Assembly: GCA_964545165.1 (NCBI GenBank)
Contig: CAZJEQ010000002.1
Coordinates: 37,072-101,071 of the forward strand
Source of the DNA: an uncultured Candidatus Saccharibacteria bacterium
Lineage (GTDB): Bacteria; Patescibacteriota; Minisyncoccia; Phycocordibacterales; UBA2100
Reading direction: 5' to 3'
Length of the DNA stretch: 64,000 bases
In this document: positions 29,112 to 38,128 of the stretch, piece after piece
How the letters are laid out: each line of letters starts with the position of its first letter
Numbering within the stretch: the stretch's first letter is position 1
The notes under the pieces: generated by a model
What the model saw: the letters and a program-made list of their open reading frames with translations, nothing else
The model's database searches: none
What the model was told of the DNA's origin: nothing
Position numbers and translations under genes: made by a program

Positions 29112-30516
29112 CTGCTCCCCCTTTCCCTGCCTTGATCAAAAAGAATGCCGTGAGTGATGCGATCGCGCAGAAAATAATGCCGGTATAGAAGGCGATATGG
29201 AATCCTTCGACGAGCGCGGGGAGCTGCGCACCAGGATTCGCGGCAAGGTAGCTCGCAGTCTTCGATGCGGCCACTGATGAGAGAATCGCGAGACCAAGCG
29301 CACCACCGATTTGCTGCGCGGTCGTCAAGAGTCCCGAAGCGAGGCCCGAGAAATGCCCCGGGACGCCGGAGGTCGCTGCGATCGTGATCGAGACGAAAGA
29401 GAATCCCATGCCGACTGCCATGAGGGCGAGGCCCGGGAGGACGTGTGTGTAGTAGGAGCCTTCCACGGGCACGTGCGCGAGCACCAGGAGGCCGCTGGCC
29501 AGAAGCCACGGCGCCACGACGATGATCGGCTTGTACCCGATGCGCTTGATGAGACGCGGTGCGAACATCGCGGTCATCGCTATGATCATCGGCACCGGGA
29601 GAAACGCGAGACCGGAGGCAACCGGCGAGTAGCCGAGGATGGATTGCACATACAGCGATACGAAGAAGAACATTGCAAAGACGCTGGCGGTGATCGGGAG
29701 CTGTGTGAGATCCGCTGCAGCGATGTTACCGATTTTGAATACCGAGAGCGGGACGAGTGGCTTCTTGGCGCGCGACTCATTCCAGAAGAACGCTGCGATG
29801 AGCGCCGCAGAGATCACGAAGAACAGAATCGTATGCACGGAGAGCCATCCCCACTTTGATGCCTCGGTGAGTGTATAGACGAGCAGAATCATACCGCTCG
29901 TGATGAGCGCGGCACCGGGAATGTCGAGCGTCTTGTCGTGCTCCTCACTCTCATGCTTCGGTGCAAGCTTGAGCGCAAAGTAGCCGACCAAGAGACCGAC
30001 TGGCACGTTGATGAAGAAATTCCAGCGCCAGCTCAAATACTGCGTGAGAATACCGCCGAGGAGTACACCCGCAGCTCCCCCACCTGCGGCGACCATGCCC
30101 CAAATCGACAGTGCGCGCGTGCGCTCATGCTGCTCGCGAAATGTAGCGAGTACGATGGAGAGCGCTGCAGGCGACATAAATGCCGCCGAGAGACCCTGGA
30201 GACCACGCAAGATAATCATCTGCGCCTCGTTTTGTGCGAGGCCAACGAAAAGCGAAGTAAGCGCGAATCCGAAGACGCCGGAGACGAACACCAATCGACG
30301 CCCGTAGAGATCTGCAGCGCGACCGCCAAAAAGCAGGAAGCCGCCAAAGGCCAGCGTGTAGGTCGATACGATCCACTGCAATCCGGTGAGTGAGAGCCCG
30401 AGAGTCTTCTGTACGCTGGGCAGCGCCACATTCATAATCGAAATATCGAGCACCACCATAAATTGTGCGAGCGCGAGGAGCGCCAGGAGCCACCAGTGTT
30501 TCGCGTGTTCTTTCAT
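29086..30516 (-). CDS. MFS transporter, DHA2 (EmrB/QacA) drug-efflux family, 14 TM
   Basis: MVVLDISIMNVALP, GRRADLYGRR motifs; 26-nt convergent overlap with pspC-domain gene. Confidence 0.85.
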   Translation of the reverse strand: MKEHAKHWWLLALLALAQFMVVLDISIMNVALPSVQKTLGLSLTGLQWIVSTYTLAFGGFLLFGGRAADLYGRRLVFVSGVFGFALTSLFVGLAQNEAQMIILRGLQGLSAAFMSPAALSIVLATFREQHERTRALSIWGMVAAGGGAAGVLLGGILTQYLSWRWNFFINVPVGLLVGYFALKLAPKHESEEHDKTLDIPGAALITSGMILLVYTLTEASKWGWLSVHTILFFVISAALIAAFFWNESRAKKPLVPLSVFKIGNIAAADLTQLPITASVFAMFFFVSLYVQSILGYSPVASGLAFLPVPMIIAMTAMFAPRLIKRIGYKPIIVVAPWLLASGLLVLAHVPVEGSYYTHVLPGLALMAVGMGFSFVSITIAATSGVPGHFSGLASGLLTTAQQIGGALGLAILSSVAASKTASYLAANPGAQLPALVEGFHIAFYTGIIFCAIASLTAFFLIKAGKGGAVTPPPAVH

Positions 30517-30527
30517 AGGAGTGCGTA

Positions 30528-30609
30528 GTATAACCTTCAGATTCCCAGCTGGGAATCTGAAGAGTTATGCCCGGACGCGTCCCTGCAGGGACGCGACGTT
30601 GGGTATAAC
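30528..30609. repeat. Dual-hairpin intergenic repeat, copy A
   Basis: TTCAGATTCCCAGCTGGGAATCTGAA then GAG then TTATGCCCGGACGCGTCCCTGCAGGGACGCGACGTTGGGTATAA; flanked by GTATAAC direct repeat. Confidence 0.6.
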
Positions 30610-30615
30610 AAATCG

Positions 30616-30840
30616 CTATTTTTCGCTGATGTTGAAAACTTTTGACGGACTTCGATGACCCTTGGTAATGCGAATTCTTTTTACAGGGACTCGAAAACGA
30701 TCGGCAAGGATTTCGATCACACGTCGATTCGCTTGATTTCGTTCGGCTTGCTCACGGACCGAGATCTCAAAGCGCTCGGGAGACAATTCTTTCACTGATT
30801 CCCTCCTCGCACCCGCTATTACCTTGACCATTACATACAT
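30616..30840 (-). CDS. DUF167 (YggU/UPF0235) family protein
   Basis: About 70 aa with VKV.AGA....V......E.SV...A..G.AN..VIE.LA..F.V....I.I.KGHRS..K pattern. Confidence 0.6.
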   Translation of the reverse strand: MYVMVKVIAGARRESVKELSPERFEISVREQAERNQANRRVIEILADRFRVPVKRIRITKGHRSPSKVFNISEK

Positions 30841-30898
30841 GGCTTCATCCTATGGCACCGCGCATTTCTTTGCTATCTTTAGCGTGTTTGTATCAATT

Positions 30899-30972
30899 TG
30901 GGGGATCGTCTAATGGTAGGACAGGAGCCTTTGAAGCTCTTAATCTTGGTTCGATTCCAAGTCCCCCAGCCA
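30899..30972 (+). tRNA. tRNA-Gln (anticodon TTG), CCA encoded
   Basis: Manual fold: acceptor TGGGGGA/TCCCCCA, anticodon stem GGAGC/GCTCT with loop CTTTGAA, T-arm CTTGG-TTCGATT-CCAAG. Confidence 0.85.
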
Positions 30973-31042
30973 GCTTGAGATAGGTTCGAACTCCGAGGAG
31001 TGTCGTTATGGTTGGGATTGTTTCCGTGACATAATTTTCTAT

Positions 31043-31465
31043 ATGCCTACCGCAAAACTCGTACCAGAATTCAAAGTACGAGACTTCGAAAAGAGTGTGG
31101 ATTTTTACACTCGTCTTGCAGGATTCAAAATCTTGTACGACAGGCCAGAGGAAAAATTCGCCATGCTCGATAAAGAAGGAGCAAATCTGATGATTGAACT
31201 TCTAGAGTCTCAAGACAGATGGGCAATTGGTGCGAGGGAATACCCGCTTGGACAAGGGGTCAACTTCCAAATCGAAGTGACAAATGTTCAGGAACTCTAC
31301 GAAAACCTCAAGAAAGATAATTACCCAATCTTTTTCGATATGGAAGAGAAATGGTATAGAAGTAATGACAAAGAAGTTGGTAATCGCCAATTTCTTGTGC
31401 AAGACCCGGATGGCTATCTTTTGCGCTTTTTTCAGGATTTGGGCGAACGCCCCAGAAACATATGA
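31043..31465 (+). CDS. VOC family (glyoxalase/bleomycin-resistance fold) protein
   Basis: Single beta-alpha-beta-beta-beta module, 140 aa; in low-GC islet. Confidence 0.7.
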   Translation: MPTAKLVPEFKVRDFEKSVDFYTRLAGFKILYDRPEEKFAMLDKEGANLMIELLESQDRWAIGAREYPLGQGVNFQIEVTNVQELYENLKKDNYPIFFDMEEKWYRSNDKEVGNRQFLVQDPDGYLLRFFQDLGERPRNI

Positions 31466-32217
31466 ATGTTGATCAACTAACTGTTACGTCTCTACACCTG
31501 GAGTTATTTTTTGACGCACAATATTTATCCTCTGCAACTGGATTTGTGGTTGAGAAAGAGGGTAACTACTTTCTTGTTACAAATTGGCATGTCGTATCCG
31601 GTAGGCATCCAACGACACAAAAACCACTATCTTCAACTGGCGCAATACCGAATAAAATACGCGTTTGGCATAATGCAAAAAAAGATCATGTGGGTGTATG
31701 GGTATCTGTGGATTATCCGCTCCAAGATACAGAGGGAAATCCTATTTGGAGGGAAAAGGATTTCGGTTCTGAAAAAATAGATGTTGTTATATTTCCAATT
31801 ACAGGTAGACCAGAAATTGCTCTTTATCCTCTAGATTTGGCACTTAAGGATATTGATCTAATAATCTCTCCCTCGGAAGATTTATCGATTATTGGTTTTC
31901 CGTACGGTAAAGCTTCCGATGGTAAATTTGCTATATGGAAGAGTGGCAATTTAGCATCCGATTTTGACATCAACTACGAAAGTAAGCCGGTATTCTTAAT
32001 TGACGCCACAACTAAGGGTGGCATGTCAGGTTCTCCCGTTTTTGCTCGAAGAATAGGCCAGGTGAGCAGTTCAAAAGGTTTAAACATTGGATCTTCAGCA
32101 ACTAAATTTCTCGGTGTGTATTCAGGAAGAATTATTGGAGACAATGTAGAAGATATTCCTGACATAGGTATGGTTTGGAAAACGTCCGTATTGGACGAAT
32201 TGCTCGCATTGGTCTAA
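31462..32217 (+). CDS. Trypsin-like (S1/PA clan) serine peptidase, cytoplasmic, catalytic triad intact
   Basis: TNWHVV (His), DVVIFPI (Asp), GMSGSPVF (Ser); no signal peptide; ATGA overlap with upstream VOC gene. Confidence 0.75.
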   Translation: MNVDQLTVTSLHLELFFDAQYLSSATGFVVEKEGNYFLVTNWHVVSGRHPTTQKPLSSTGAIPNKIRVWHNAKKDHVGVWVSVDYPLQDTEGNPIWREKDFGSEKIDVVIFPITGRPEIALYPLDLALKDIDLIISPSEDLSIIGFPYGKASDGKFAIWKSGNLASDFDINYESKPVFLIDATTKGGMSGSPVFARRIGQVSSSKGLNIGSSATKFLGVYSGRIIGDNVEDIPDIGMVWKTSVLDELLALV

Positions 32218-32285
32218 TTAAACTAGATTCCGAGGTGGGTCGAAATGCTAAACTAAAAAGCGTCAAGAAAGCCTTGTGGGACTTG

Positions 32286-32762
32286 ATGGAGAATTATTCG
32301 AATCCGATGAGGCCAGCAAATACACGTATGGCTGAATTGAAAACAAAAGTGAATAAGGCGAGCGTGGCAAAATTCTTAAGCGCCATCAAAGATCCGCAGA
32401 AGCGCAGTGATTGTTCCACGATTTCAAAGCTCATGGAGAAGGCCACGAAGTCGAAGCCGGAGATGTGGGGCACCTCGATCGTCGGCTTTGGGCGCAGGAA
32501 GTACACCTACGCCAACGGCAAAGAGGCTGAATGGATGCAGATCGGCTTAGCTCCACGCAAGCAAAACATCGCGCTCTATGGCTTAAAAGTTTTCTCTATG
32601 ACAACTGCGGGCTTGAAAGAAAAGAAGGGAGCAAACGATTTCCTTTTGAAATTAGGAAAATACAAAGAAGGTGGCGGATGTCTCTACATCAACAAACTTG
32701 CCGATATCAACGTCAAAGAGCTGGAGAAGATCATAAAGCTCGCTGCAAAACGAAACAAATAA
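32286..32762 (+). CDS. DUF1801 (YdhG/YdeI-like) domain protein
   Basis: EMWGTSIVGFGRRKYTYANGKEAEWMQIGLAPRKQNIALY signature; start uncertain (ATG at 32286 or 32328). Confidence 0.6.
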   Translation: MENYSNPMRPANTRMAELKTKVNKASVAKFLSAIKDPQKRSDCSTISKLMEKATKSKPEMWGTSIVGFGRRKYTYANGKEAEWMQIGLAPRKQNIALYGLKVFSMTTAGLKEKKGANDFLLKLGKYKEGGGCLYINKLADINVKELEKIIKLAAKRNK

Positions 32763-32841
32763 TATTCGGCAACATGATCGCCGACTGCGTGCTCATGAAG
32801 TTGATTGAGACGCCGATACAGTAAGGTGCTACAGTCGGCTA

Positions 32842-33717
32842 ATGAAAACATTTACATTCTCCTCCGTATCAATCGCGATAATTGCATTCTCTTTCTGTGC
32901 GTTTGCCACGACGGCCTTTGCACAAACAGCAGACGCGAGCTTTGCTCGCGATTTGAGAATGGGCGCATCTGGTACTGATGTCGCCGCTCTGCAGATGTAT
33001 CTCATCTCAAAGGGGCACTTGAACATCCCGACTCCTACAGGGACGTTTGGCGCACTGACCCGCAAAGCAGTGGTCGCTTGGCAAACACAGGCCGGGATCT
33101 CACCTGCCTCAGGATTCTTTGGCCCCCTATCGAGGCAACGTTTGAATGCTGACGTCAAAATGACTGGAGCACAAACGACACCGACGGTGAACACAGCGGT
33201 AGTCGCGACTCCTGTATCAGCGATAAGGACTGCGACTCCGATCGCTTCGCTCGAGCCAGGCACCGGACTTCCCGTCCGAATCAAAATTGAGCAACTCAAT
33301 GTTGATGCGCCCATCATTCCTGTCGGTCTCACTACCAGCGGCGCCATGGATGCACCCAACACGCTTACCGAGGTAGGCTGGTACATCGGTGGCATGCGAC
33401 CGGGTGAAATCGGTACGGCAGTATTAGATGGCCACGTCGCACAGATTCGCGGCGGCGTCGCGACCCTGCCCGGTGTGTTCTCGCGACTCAACGAGCTGCG
33501 TGTCGGCGATAGATTCACGATCGTGAATGACCAGGGCAAGACCACCACCTTCGCCGTGCGTGAAAGCCGCCTTTTTGATCCTACAGCGGACACCACCGCG
33601 CTCTTCACCTCCACAGACGGCAGGGCCCATCTCAACATCATCACGTGTGACGGTACCTGGAACCCCGTACTCAAAAGCTTCTCCCAGCGACTCGTATTGT
33701 TTGCCGAAGCGCTCTAA
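32842..33717 (+). CDS. Sortase (class E/F-like) with N-terminal peptidoglycan-binding domain
   Basis: Signal peptide; PG_binding_1-like GASGTDVAALQMYL...GTFGALTRKAVVAWQ; sortase core (catalytic His region LDGH, Cys in LNIITCDGTW, Arg in VRESR). Confidence 0.75.
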   Translation: MKTFTFSSVSIAIIAFSFCAFATTAFAQTADASFARDLRMGASGTDVAALQMYLISKGHLNIPTPTGTFGALTRKAVVAWQTQAGISPASGFFGPLSRQRLNADVKMTGAQTTPTVNTAVVATPVSAIRTATPIASLEPGTGLPVRIKIEQLNVDAPIIPVGLTTSGAMDAPNTLTEVGWYIGGMRPGEIGTAVLDGHVAQIRGGVATLPGVFSRLNELRVGDRFTIVNDQGKTTTFAVRESRLFDPTADTTALFTSTDGRAHLNIITCDGTWNPVLKSFSQRLVLFAEAL

Positions 33718-33745
33718 GTGAGCTGCGCATGTGTATACTGCACGT

Positions 33746-34045
33746 ATGAAAACCTCGCATAAAGTACTGTTGGGAGTAGTGGCAGTCGTTGTCCTTGGTG
33801 CATTCGCACGCTACGTCGTATTCGCCGACCAATTTAATAAATGGGGCGCAGATCTCGAGCGCGTCGGTGCATGGGAAAAGGATTACCGAGCTCAGCATCC
33901 GAATGCCACAGACAAGGAAGTCGACGCCGCGTTTAAAGCAGGTATTGCGAACATCGAAGTGTGGATGGAGCAATACAAGCACGATCACCCAGGAGCTACC
34001 GACGCTGACGCCAAAGCTGCGTTCGACGCCGCGTGGGGTAACTAA
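33746..34045 (+). CDS. Small membrane-anchored hypothetical protein
   Basis: N-terminal TM then charged helical region; weak. Confidence 0.4.
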   Translation: MKTSHKVLLGVVAVVVLGAFARYVVFADQFNKWGADLERVGAWEKDYRAQHPNATDKEVDAAFKAGIANIEVWMEQYKHDHPGATDADAKAAFDAAWGN

Positions 34046-34073
34046 GCCTCGCTCGGTGGGTTAAAATAGTGGC

Positions 34074-34418
34074 ATGAATAGCCACCACCGCATCAATTAC
34101 ATCGAATTGCCTGCTGCCGACCTCGAAGCGATGAAGGCATTTTACGGCAGCGCATTCGGCTGGACCTTTACCGACTACGGGCCCGAGTACGTCGAATTCA
34201 AAGACGGTGCGCTTACGGGCGGATTCACCGCTGGCGTCGTCGCAGGCGATGCGGGCCCGTTGGTGATTCTCTTCTCCAGCGATCTCGAGAAATCGCTCGC
34301 AGCAGTCGAGACTTCTGGCGGCTCAATCGTAAAACCGATCTTCGACTTCCCTGGTGGCCGTCGCTTCCATTTTGTAGACCCGGCTGGCAACGTACTCGCT
34401 GTATGGTCGGAAAAATAA
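34074..34418 (+). CDS. VOC family (glyoxalase-like) protein
   Basis: 114 aa, INYIELPAADLEAMKAFY...FHFVDPAGNVLAVW pattern. Confidence 0.7.
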   Translation: MNSHHRINYIELPAADLEAMKAFYGSAFGWTFTDYGPEYVEFKDGALTGGFTAGVVAGDAGPLVILFSSDLEKSLAAVETSGGSIVKPIFDFPGGRRFHFVDPAGNVLAVWSEK

Positions 34419-34422
34419 TCAC

Positions 34423-34851
34423 ATGATCGAGACACAAAGCGCGGGTGGAGTTGTCGTAAACGAACGAGGCGAGATTGCGCTGGTCACCAATGGTATGGGC
34501 GGCCCGTGGTGGGGCCTGCCCAAAGGGCATCTCGACGACGGCGAAGACACACTCACTGCCGCTCAGCGCGAGATCACTGAAGAAACAGGTCTGACCGATC
34601 TGACGCTCGTAAAATCTCTTGGTAGCTACAAACGCTACCGAGGTAAGCCGGGAGGCGGATACGACACCAGTGAGCTCAAGCATATTTCTATGTTTCTTTT
34701 CCGCGCGCCGAATACGCCACTCAAGCCGACTGATCCCAACAATCCTGAAGCACGCTGGGTGACTGTCGACGAAGCCCTCGCGATGGTTACGCTGCCAGAA
34801 GACCGAAGCTTTCTCGCATCGGTCATGGATGAAGTAAAAGCATTGAAATGA
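34423..34851 (+). CDS. NUDIX hydrolase
   Basis: Nudix box GLPKGHLDDGEDTLTAAQREITEETGL. Confidence 0.85.
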   Translation: MIETQSAGGVVVNERGEIALVTNGMGGPWWGLPKGHLDDGEDTLTAAQREITEETGLTDLTLVKSLGSYKRYRGKPGGGYDTSELKHISMFLFRAPNTPLKPTDPNNPEARWVTVDEALAMVTLPEDRSFLASVMDEVKALK

Positions 34852-35095
34852 CAAAGCGGCCCGTATTGGCCGCTTTGATCGTGCATGTTCTTGAGGCCAG
34901 GGGTGTAGCCGCGCCGATTTTCGTATGATGGCGCTTGGTGCATAGCCGGCGTGAAGCGGCCTGGCGCATACTCGACCGACAGCGTGGCGCATCCCGTGAG
35001 TGTGAACATCGCGAACGCGATGCATATTGTTCGTATCAACATCCTAGTCCTCCGTAGCTTCAGTCACGCTACCACAGAGCCGATATAATTGCGCC

Positions 35096-35662
35096 ATGGT
35101 ATCCGCGGCCACCCAATTTCGTCATCGATTAAAGCGGGATGCACTCGTCATCGTCGTCAGCATCATTGCGGCGACTTTTGCATTTCGAAGCGGCGCGCTC
35201 GACACAGTGTTTCTGGTCAGTCCCGAGTCTGAGCTCATCGGCACCTTAATTGCGGGACTTCTCTTCACCTCGCTTTTCACTACACCGTTTGCGATTGCGA
35301 TGTTTGCGGCTATCGCGCCAGAGGTAAACATCATTGTGATGGCGCTTCTGGGTGCGAGTGGCTCAGTGATGGGAGATCTCGTACTCTTCGGCCTCATCCG
35401 CCACACATTCCGAGACGATCTCGAGCATCTGCTCTCGTTGCGCAAATTCCGTCGCTTCGTGGCAATTTTCCATCGTCGCGTATTCCGCTGGGTGCTCCCC
35501 TTCATCGGCGCCCTCATCATCGCCTCCCCGCTCCCCGACGAGCTCGGTATCGGACTCATGGGTGTCTCACGTATGAAAGTCTCGACGCTTGTGATGGTTT
35601 CTTACGTGATGAACACCATCGGTATTCTCCTCATTGGCTTGGCAGCGGTCAGTGCTGTATAA
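35096..35662 (+). CDS. Hypothetical 5-6 TM membrane protein
   Basis: Hydrophobic profile only. Confidence 0.45.
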   Translation: MVSAATQFRHRLKRDALVIVVSIIAATFAFRSGALDTVFLVSPESELIGTLIAGLLFTSLFTTPFAIAMFAAIAPEVNIIVMALLGASGSVMGDLVLFGLIRHTFRDDLEHLLSLRKFRRFVAIFHRRVFRWVLPFIGALIIASPLPDELGIGLMGVSRMKVSTLVMVSYVMNTIGILLIGLAAVSAV

Positions 35663-35669
35663 CGCACCC

Positions 35670-36416
35670 ATGCCGCCGTATGCGCTCATAGACAAAGAGG
35701 TAGGCGAAACACCCCTGCAAGCACTGCAGCGTTTTCGTGCGACTGATGCTCGCTACGAGGGAATACCCATGACGTACGCAGGTCGGCTCGACCCGATGGC
35801 GAGCGGACAGCTCCTTATTTTGATCGGCGATGAATGCATTCGACGAGAAAAGTACGACAGTCTCGATAAAACATATCGCTTCGAGATCCTGCTCGGCGTC
35901 GAGAGCGACACCGGCGACGTGCTGGGGCTCGCCTCGGAAGCAACGAGTTTCCCTGCTGCAGGAACCGACTGGGAGCGTGTCGTCGCATCGCTCGTGGGAG
36001 TCCACCATCTTGCCTACCCCGTATTTTCTTCTCGCACGGTCGACGGGAAGCCGCTCTTTGAACATGCCCATCGCGATGCGCATGTTGAGCGCCCGGTGCG
36101 AGAGATGCGGGTGATGCGCGCTTCCTATCACGGCGTACGCGAAATTAGCAGTGCGGATCTGCTGCGTGAGATCGAAGAGAAACTCGATCGCGTGCACGTG
36201 CCAGATACCAACGATTTTCGCATTGAGCGCATTGTGCCGCAGTGGCGCGCTGTCTTATCACAGCCAGCTGTCTTTACGATCCTCACCATCGAAGCGGACG
36301 TCGCATCTGGTACATACATTCGAGCGCTCGCACCCGAGCTTGCGAAGTCGCTTCGCACACACGGGCTCGCCTACAGCATCCACCGCAGCTCGATTCACCT
36401 ACCCTCATCTTCATGA
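35670..36416 (+). CDS. truB: tRNA pseudouridine(55) synthase
   Basis: GRLDPMASGQLLILIG catalytic-Asp motif; start at internal Met MPPYALIDKE removes overlap with upstream gene. Confidence 0.8.
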   Translation: MPPYALIDKEVGETPLQALQRFRATDARYEGIPMTYAGRLDPMASGQLLILIGDECIRREKYDSLDKTYRFEILLGVESDTGDVLGLASEATSFPAAGTDWERVVASLVGVHHLAYPVFSSRTVDGKPLFEHAHRDAHVERPVREMRVMRASYHGVREISSADLLREIEEKLDRVHVPDTNDFRIERIVPQWRAVLSQPAVFTILTIEADVASGTYIRALAPELAKSLRTHGLAYSIHRSSIHLPSSS

Positions 36417-36486
36417 GAGATTCAGTAGCCGTTCGTTACGCTGTAGCGAGGTTACAAGATAGCTAATAATCTAATCAGTATCTCTT

Positions 36487-36744
36487 ATGGAAATCATTGC
36501 ATTTCTCGTGTTGGGCGGCATCGCAGGCTGGCTTGCGTCGCTCTTGATGGGCACGGACGCGTCGCAGGGCATTATGCTCAATGTCGTAGTCGGTGTCGTC
36601 GGTGCATTCGTCGGCGGTATGGCGTTCAATGCCTTTGGATCAAGTGGTGTCACCGGGTTCAACTTCTACAGCCTCGTCGTGGCGACCATCGGTGCAGCAT
36701 TGCTTCTGTGGGTCGTGCGACTCTTCCGCGGCTCCTCTATCTAG
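36487..36744 (+). CDS. GlsB/YeaQ/YmgE family (transglycosylase-associated) stress membrane protein
   Basis: 85 aa, LGGIAGWLASLLMG...VVVGVVGAFVGGMAF pattern. Confidence 0.75.
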   Translation: MEIIAFLVLGGIAGWLASLLMGTDASQGIMLNVVVGVVGAFVGGMAFNAFGSSGVTGFNFYSLVVATIGAALLLWVVRLFRGSSI

Positions 36745-36761
36745 CGGATACGTAGCTACAG

Positions 36762-36793
36762 AAAAAGCGGTCGCTTCGGCGGCCGCTTTTTCG
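36762..36793. terminator. Rho-independent terminator
   Basis: AAAAAGCGGTCGC-TTCG-GCGGCCGCTTTTT. Confidence 0.55.
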
Positions 36794-36822
36794 TAGGCAA
36801 ATGTCATGTAGACTGCGGATCT

Positions 36823-37383
36823 ATGCAAGTCAAAAGCATTCGCTTCGTCAAAGGCATCCGTGGCACAGATGATATTACGCACGACGGCACTCCTCAGATT
36901 GCCTTTGTGGGGCGCTCCAACGTCGGCAAGTCCAGCCTCATCAATGCACTCGTCGGCAAAGACGTGGCCGTCGTCGGCAAGAAGCCCGGTAAAACGACGG
37001 AGATCAACTACTTTCTCGTCAACAACGAATTCTACTTGGCCGACCTCCCCGGCTACGGCTATGCACAAGCAACGCCAAAAGAGCGCGACAAATTGAAGAA
37101 GCTCATCATCTGGTATCTCACCTACTCAGAAGCGCGTCCCAAGAAAGTCGTGCTCGTTGTCGACAGCAAGGTCGGCGTGACGAAATTTGACGAGCAAATG
37201 ATGGAAATTCTGAAAGAGCACCATCATCCCTTTATGATTGTTGCCAACAAAGTCGATAAAATTTCTCAAGGAGAAATCTCCAAGCAGCTTGCTACGATTC
37301 GCGGCTACGGCGCGGAAGTCGTGCACTTTTCTGCTAAAACGCAGAAGCGCGCTGAGAGCGTACTCGCGGCGATCCTCGCCTAA
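36823..37383 (+). CDS. engB: Ribosome biogenesis GTPase YsxC/EngB
   Basis: GRSNVGKSSLINAL, DLPGYGY, NKVDK G-motifs. Confidence 0.85.
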   Translation: MQVKSIRFVKGIRGTDDITHDGTPQIAFVGRSNVGKSSLINALVGKDVAVVGKKPGKTTEINYFLVNNEFYLADLPGYGYAQATPKERDKLKKLIIWYLTYSEARPKKVVLVVDSKVGVTKFDEQMMEILKEHHHPFMIVANKVDKISQGEISKQLATIRGYGAEVVHFSAKTQKRAESVLAAILA

Positions 37384-38087
37384 GCATCCTTGAATCCGAG
37401 TGCGGTGCGGAATTCCTTGAGCTCATCTCCCTTGATCGCGCGATGCTGGCCGGATTTTAAATCGCCGAGGCTGATGGTCATGATGCGCTTTCGCTTCAGC
37501 TCGATGGCGCTCTGCCCAAACGCGCCGCACATGCGACGAATCTGGTGCTTCTTGCCCTCAGTGATCGTGATGGAGAATTTCTTGTCGCCGAGGATGCGCA
37601 CGGTGCAGGGCTTGGTGGTGTAGCCGCCAATATCCACGCCCGCTTCCATGCGATCTTTGAAGTAGCCAGGCAGCTTCGCAAGCGTCACCACCTCGTACTC
37701 CTTCTCATGCTCGTAATCGGGATTGAGAAGTGCGTCCGTGAGGCGACCGTCGTCGGTCAAAATGATGAGGCCATAGGAATCCTTGTCGAGTCGTCCGACC
37801 GGGAAGACGTCCTTCTCAGGAATCATATCGGCAATCTCTGTCTCATCGCCTTGCGGAGAATGGGTAATCACACCGCGCGGTTTGTGGTACGCAAAATATC
37901 GATAGGTACGCGGCTTAAAAGTGACCTTAACGTCGTCTGTTTCATTCACCTTGTCACCAAGCTGCGCGAGACGCCCATTGATCATCACCTTCTTGGCGGT
38001 AATCAGTTTATCCGCATCACGACGCGTGCAGTACTTTTGCAGCGCGAGATATTTATTGATGCGCATTGGGTACGCTGCCTTTTCCAT
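37380..38087 (-). CDS. rRNA pseudouridine synthase (RsuA/RluB family) with S4 domain
   Basis: N-terminal S4 (RINKYLA), catalytic GRLDKDSYGLIILTDDG, GKKHQIRRM. Confidence 0.8.
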   Translation of the reverse strand: MEKAAYPMRINKYLALQKYCTRRDADKLITAKKVMINGRLAQLGDKVNETDDVKVTFKPRTYRYFAYHKPRGVITHSPQGDETEIADMIPEKDVFPVGRLDKDSYGLIILTDDGRLTDALLNPDYEHEKEYEVVTLAKLPGYFKDRMEAGVDIGGYTTKPCTVRILGDKKFSITITEGKKHQIRRMCGAFGQSAIELKRKRIMTISLGDLKSGQHRAIKGDELKEFRTALGFKDA

Positions 38088-38128
38088 AAGGCAGCATTCT
38101 ACAATATTTCTGGCCTTATGGCAAGATA

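Noticed and set aside
30973-31042. Second tRNA immediately after tRNA-Gln (GGTTCGAACTCC stretch)
   Set aside because: Cannot be folded into a cloverleaf; treated only as a tRNA-like fragment possibly left by insertion.
32829-33674. 281-aa minus-strand ORF antisense to the sortase gene
   Set aside because: No motifs and Pro/Ala/Val-rich; the plus strand has a signal peptide, PG-binding and sortase motifs.
34635-35042. 135-aa minus-strand ORF beginning with a lipoprotein-like signal (MLIRTICIAFAMFTLTGC)
   Set aside because: It would overlap the well-supported NUDIX gene by 216 nt, and the lipobox is probably chance in a high-GC antisense frame. Not excluded entirely.
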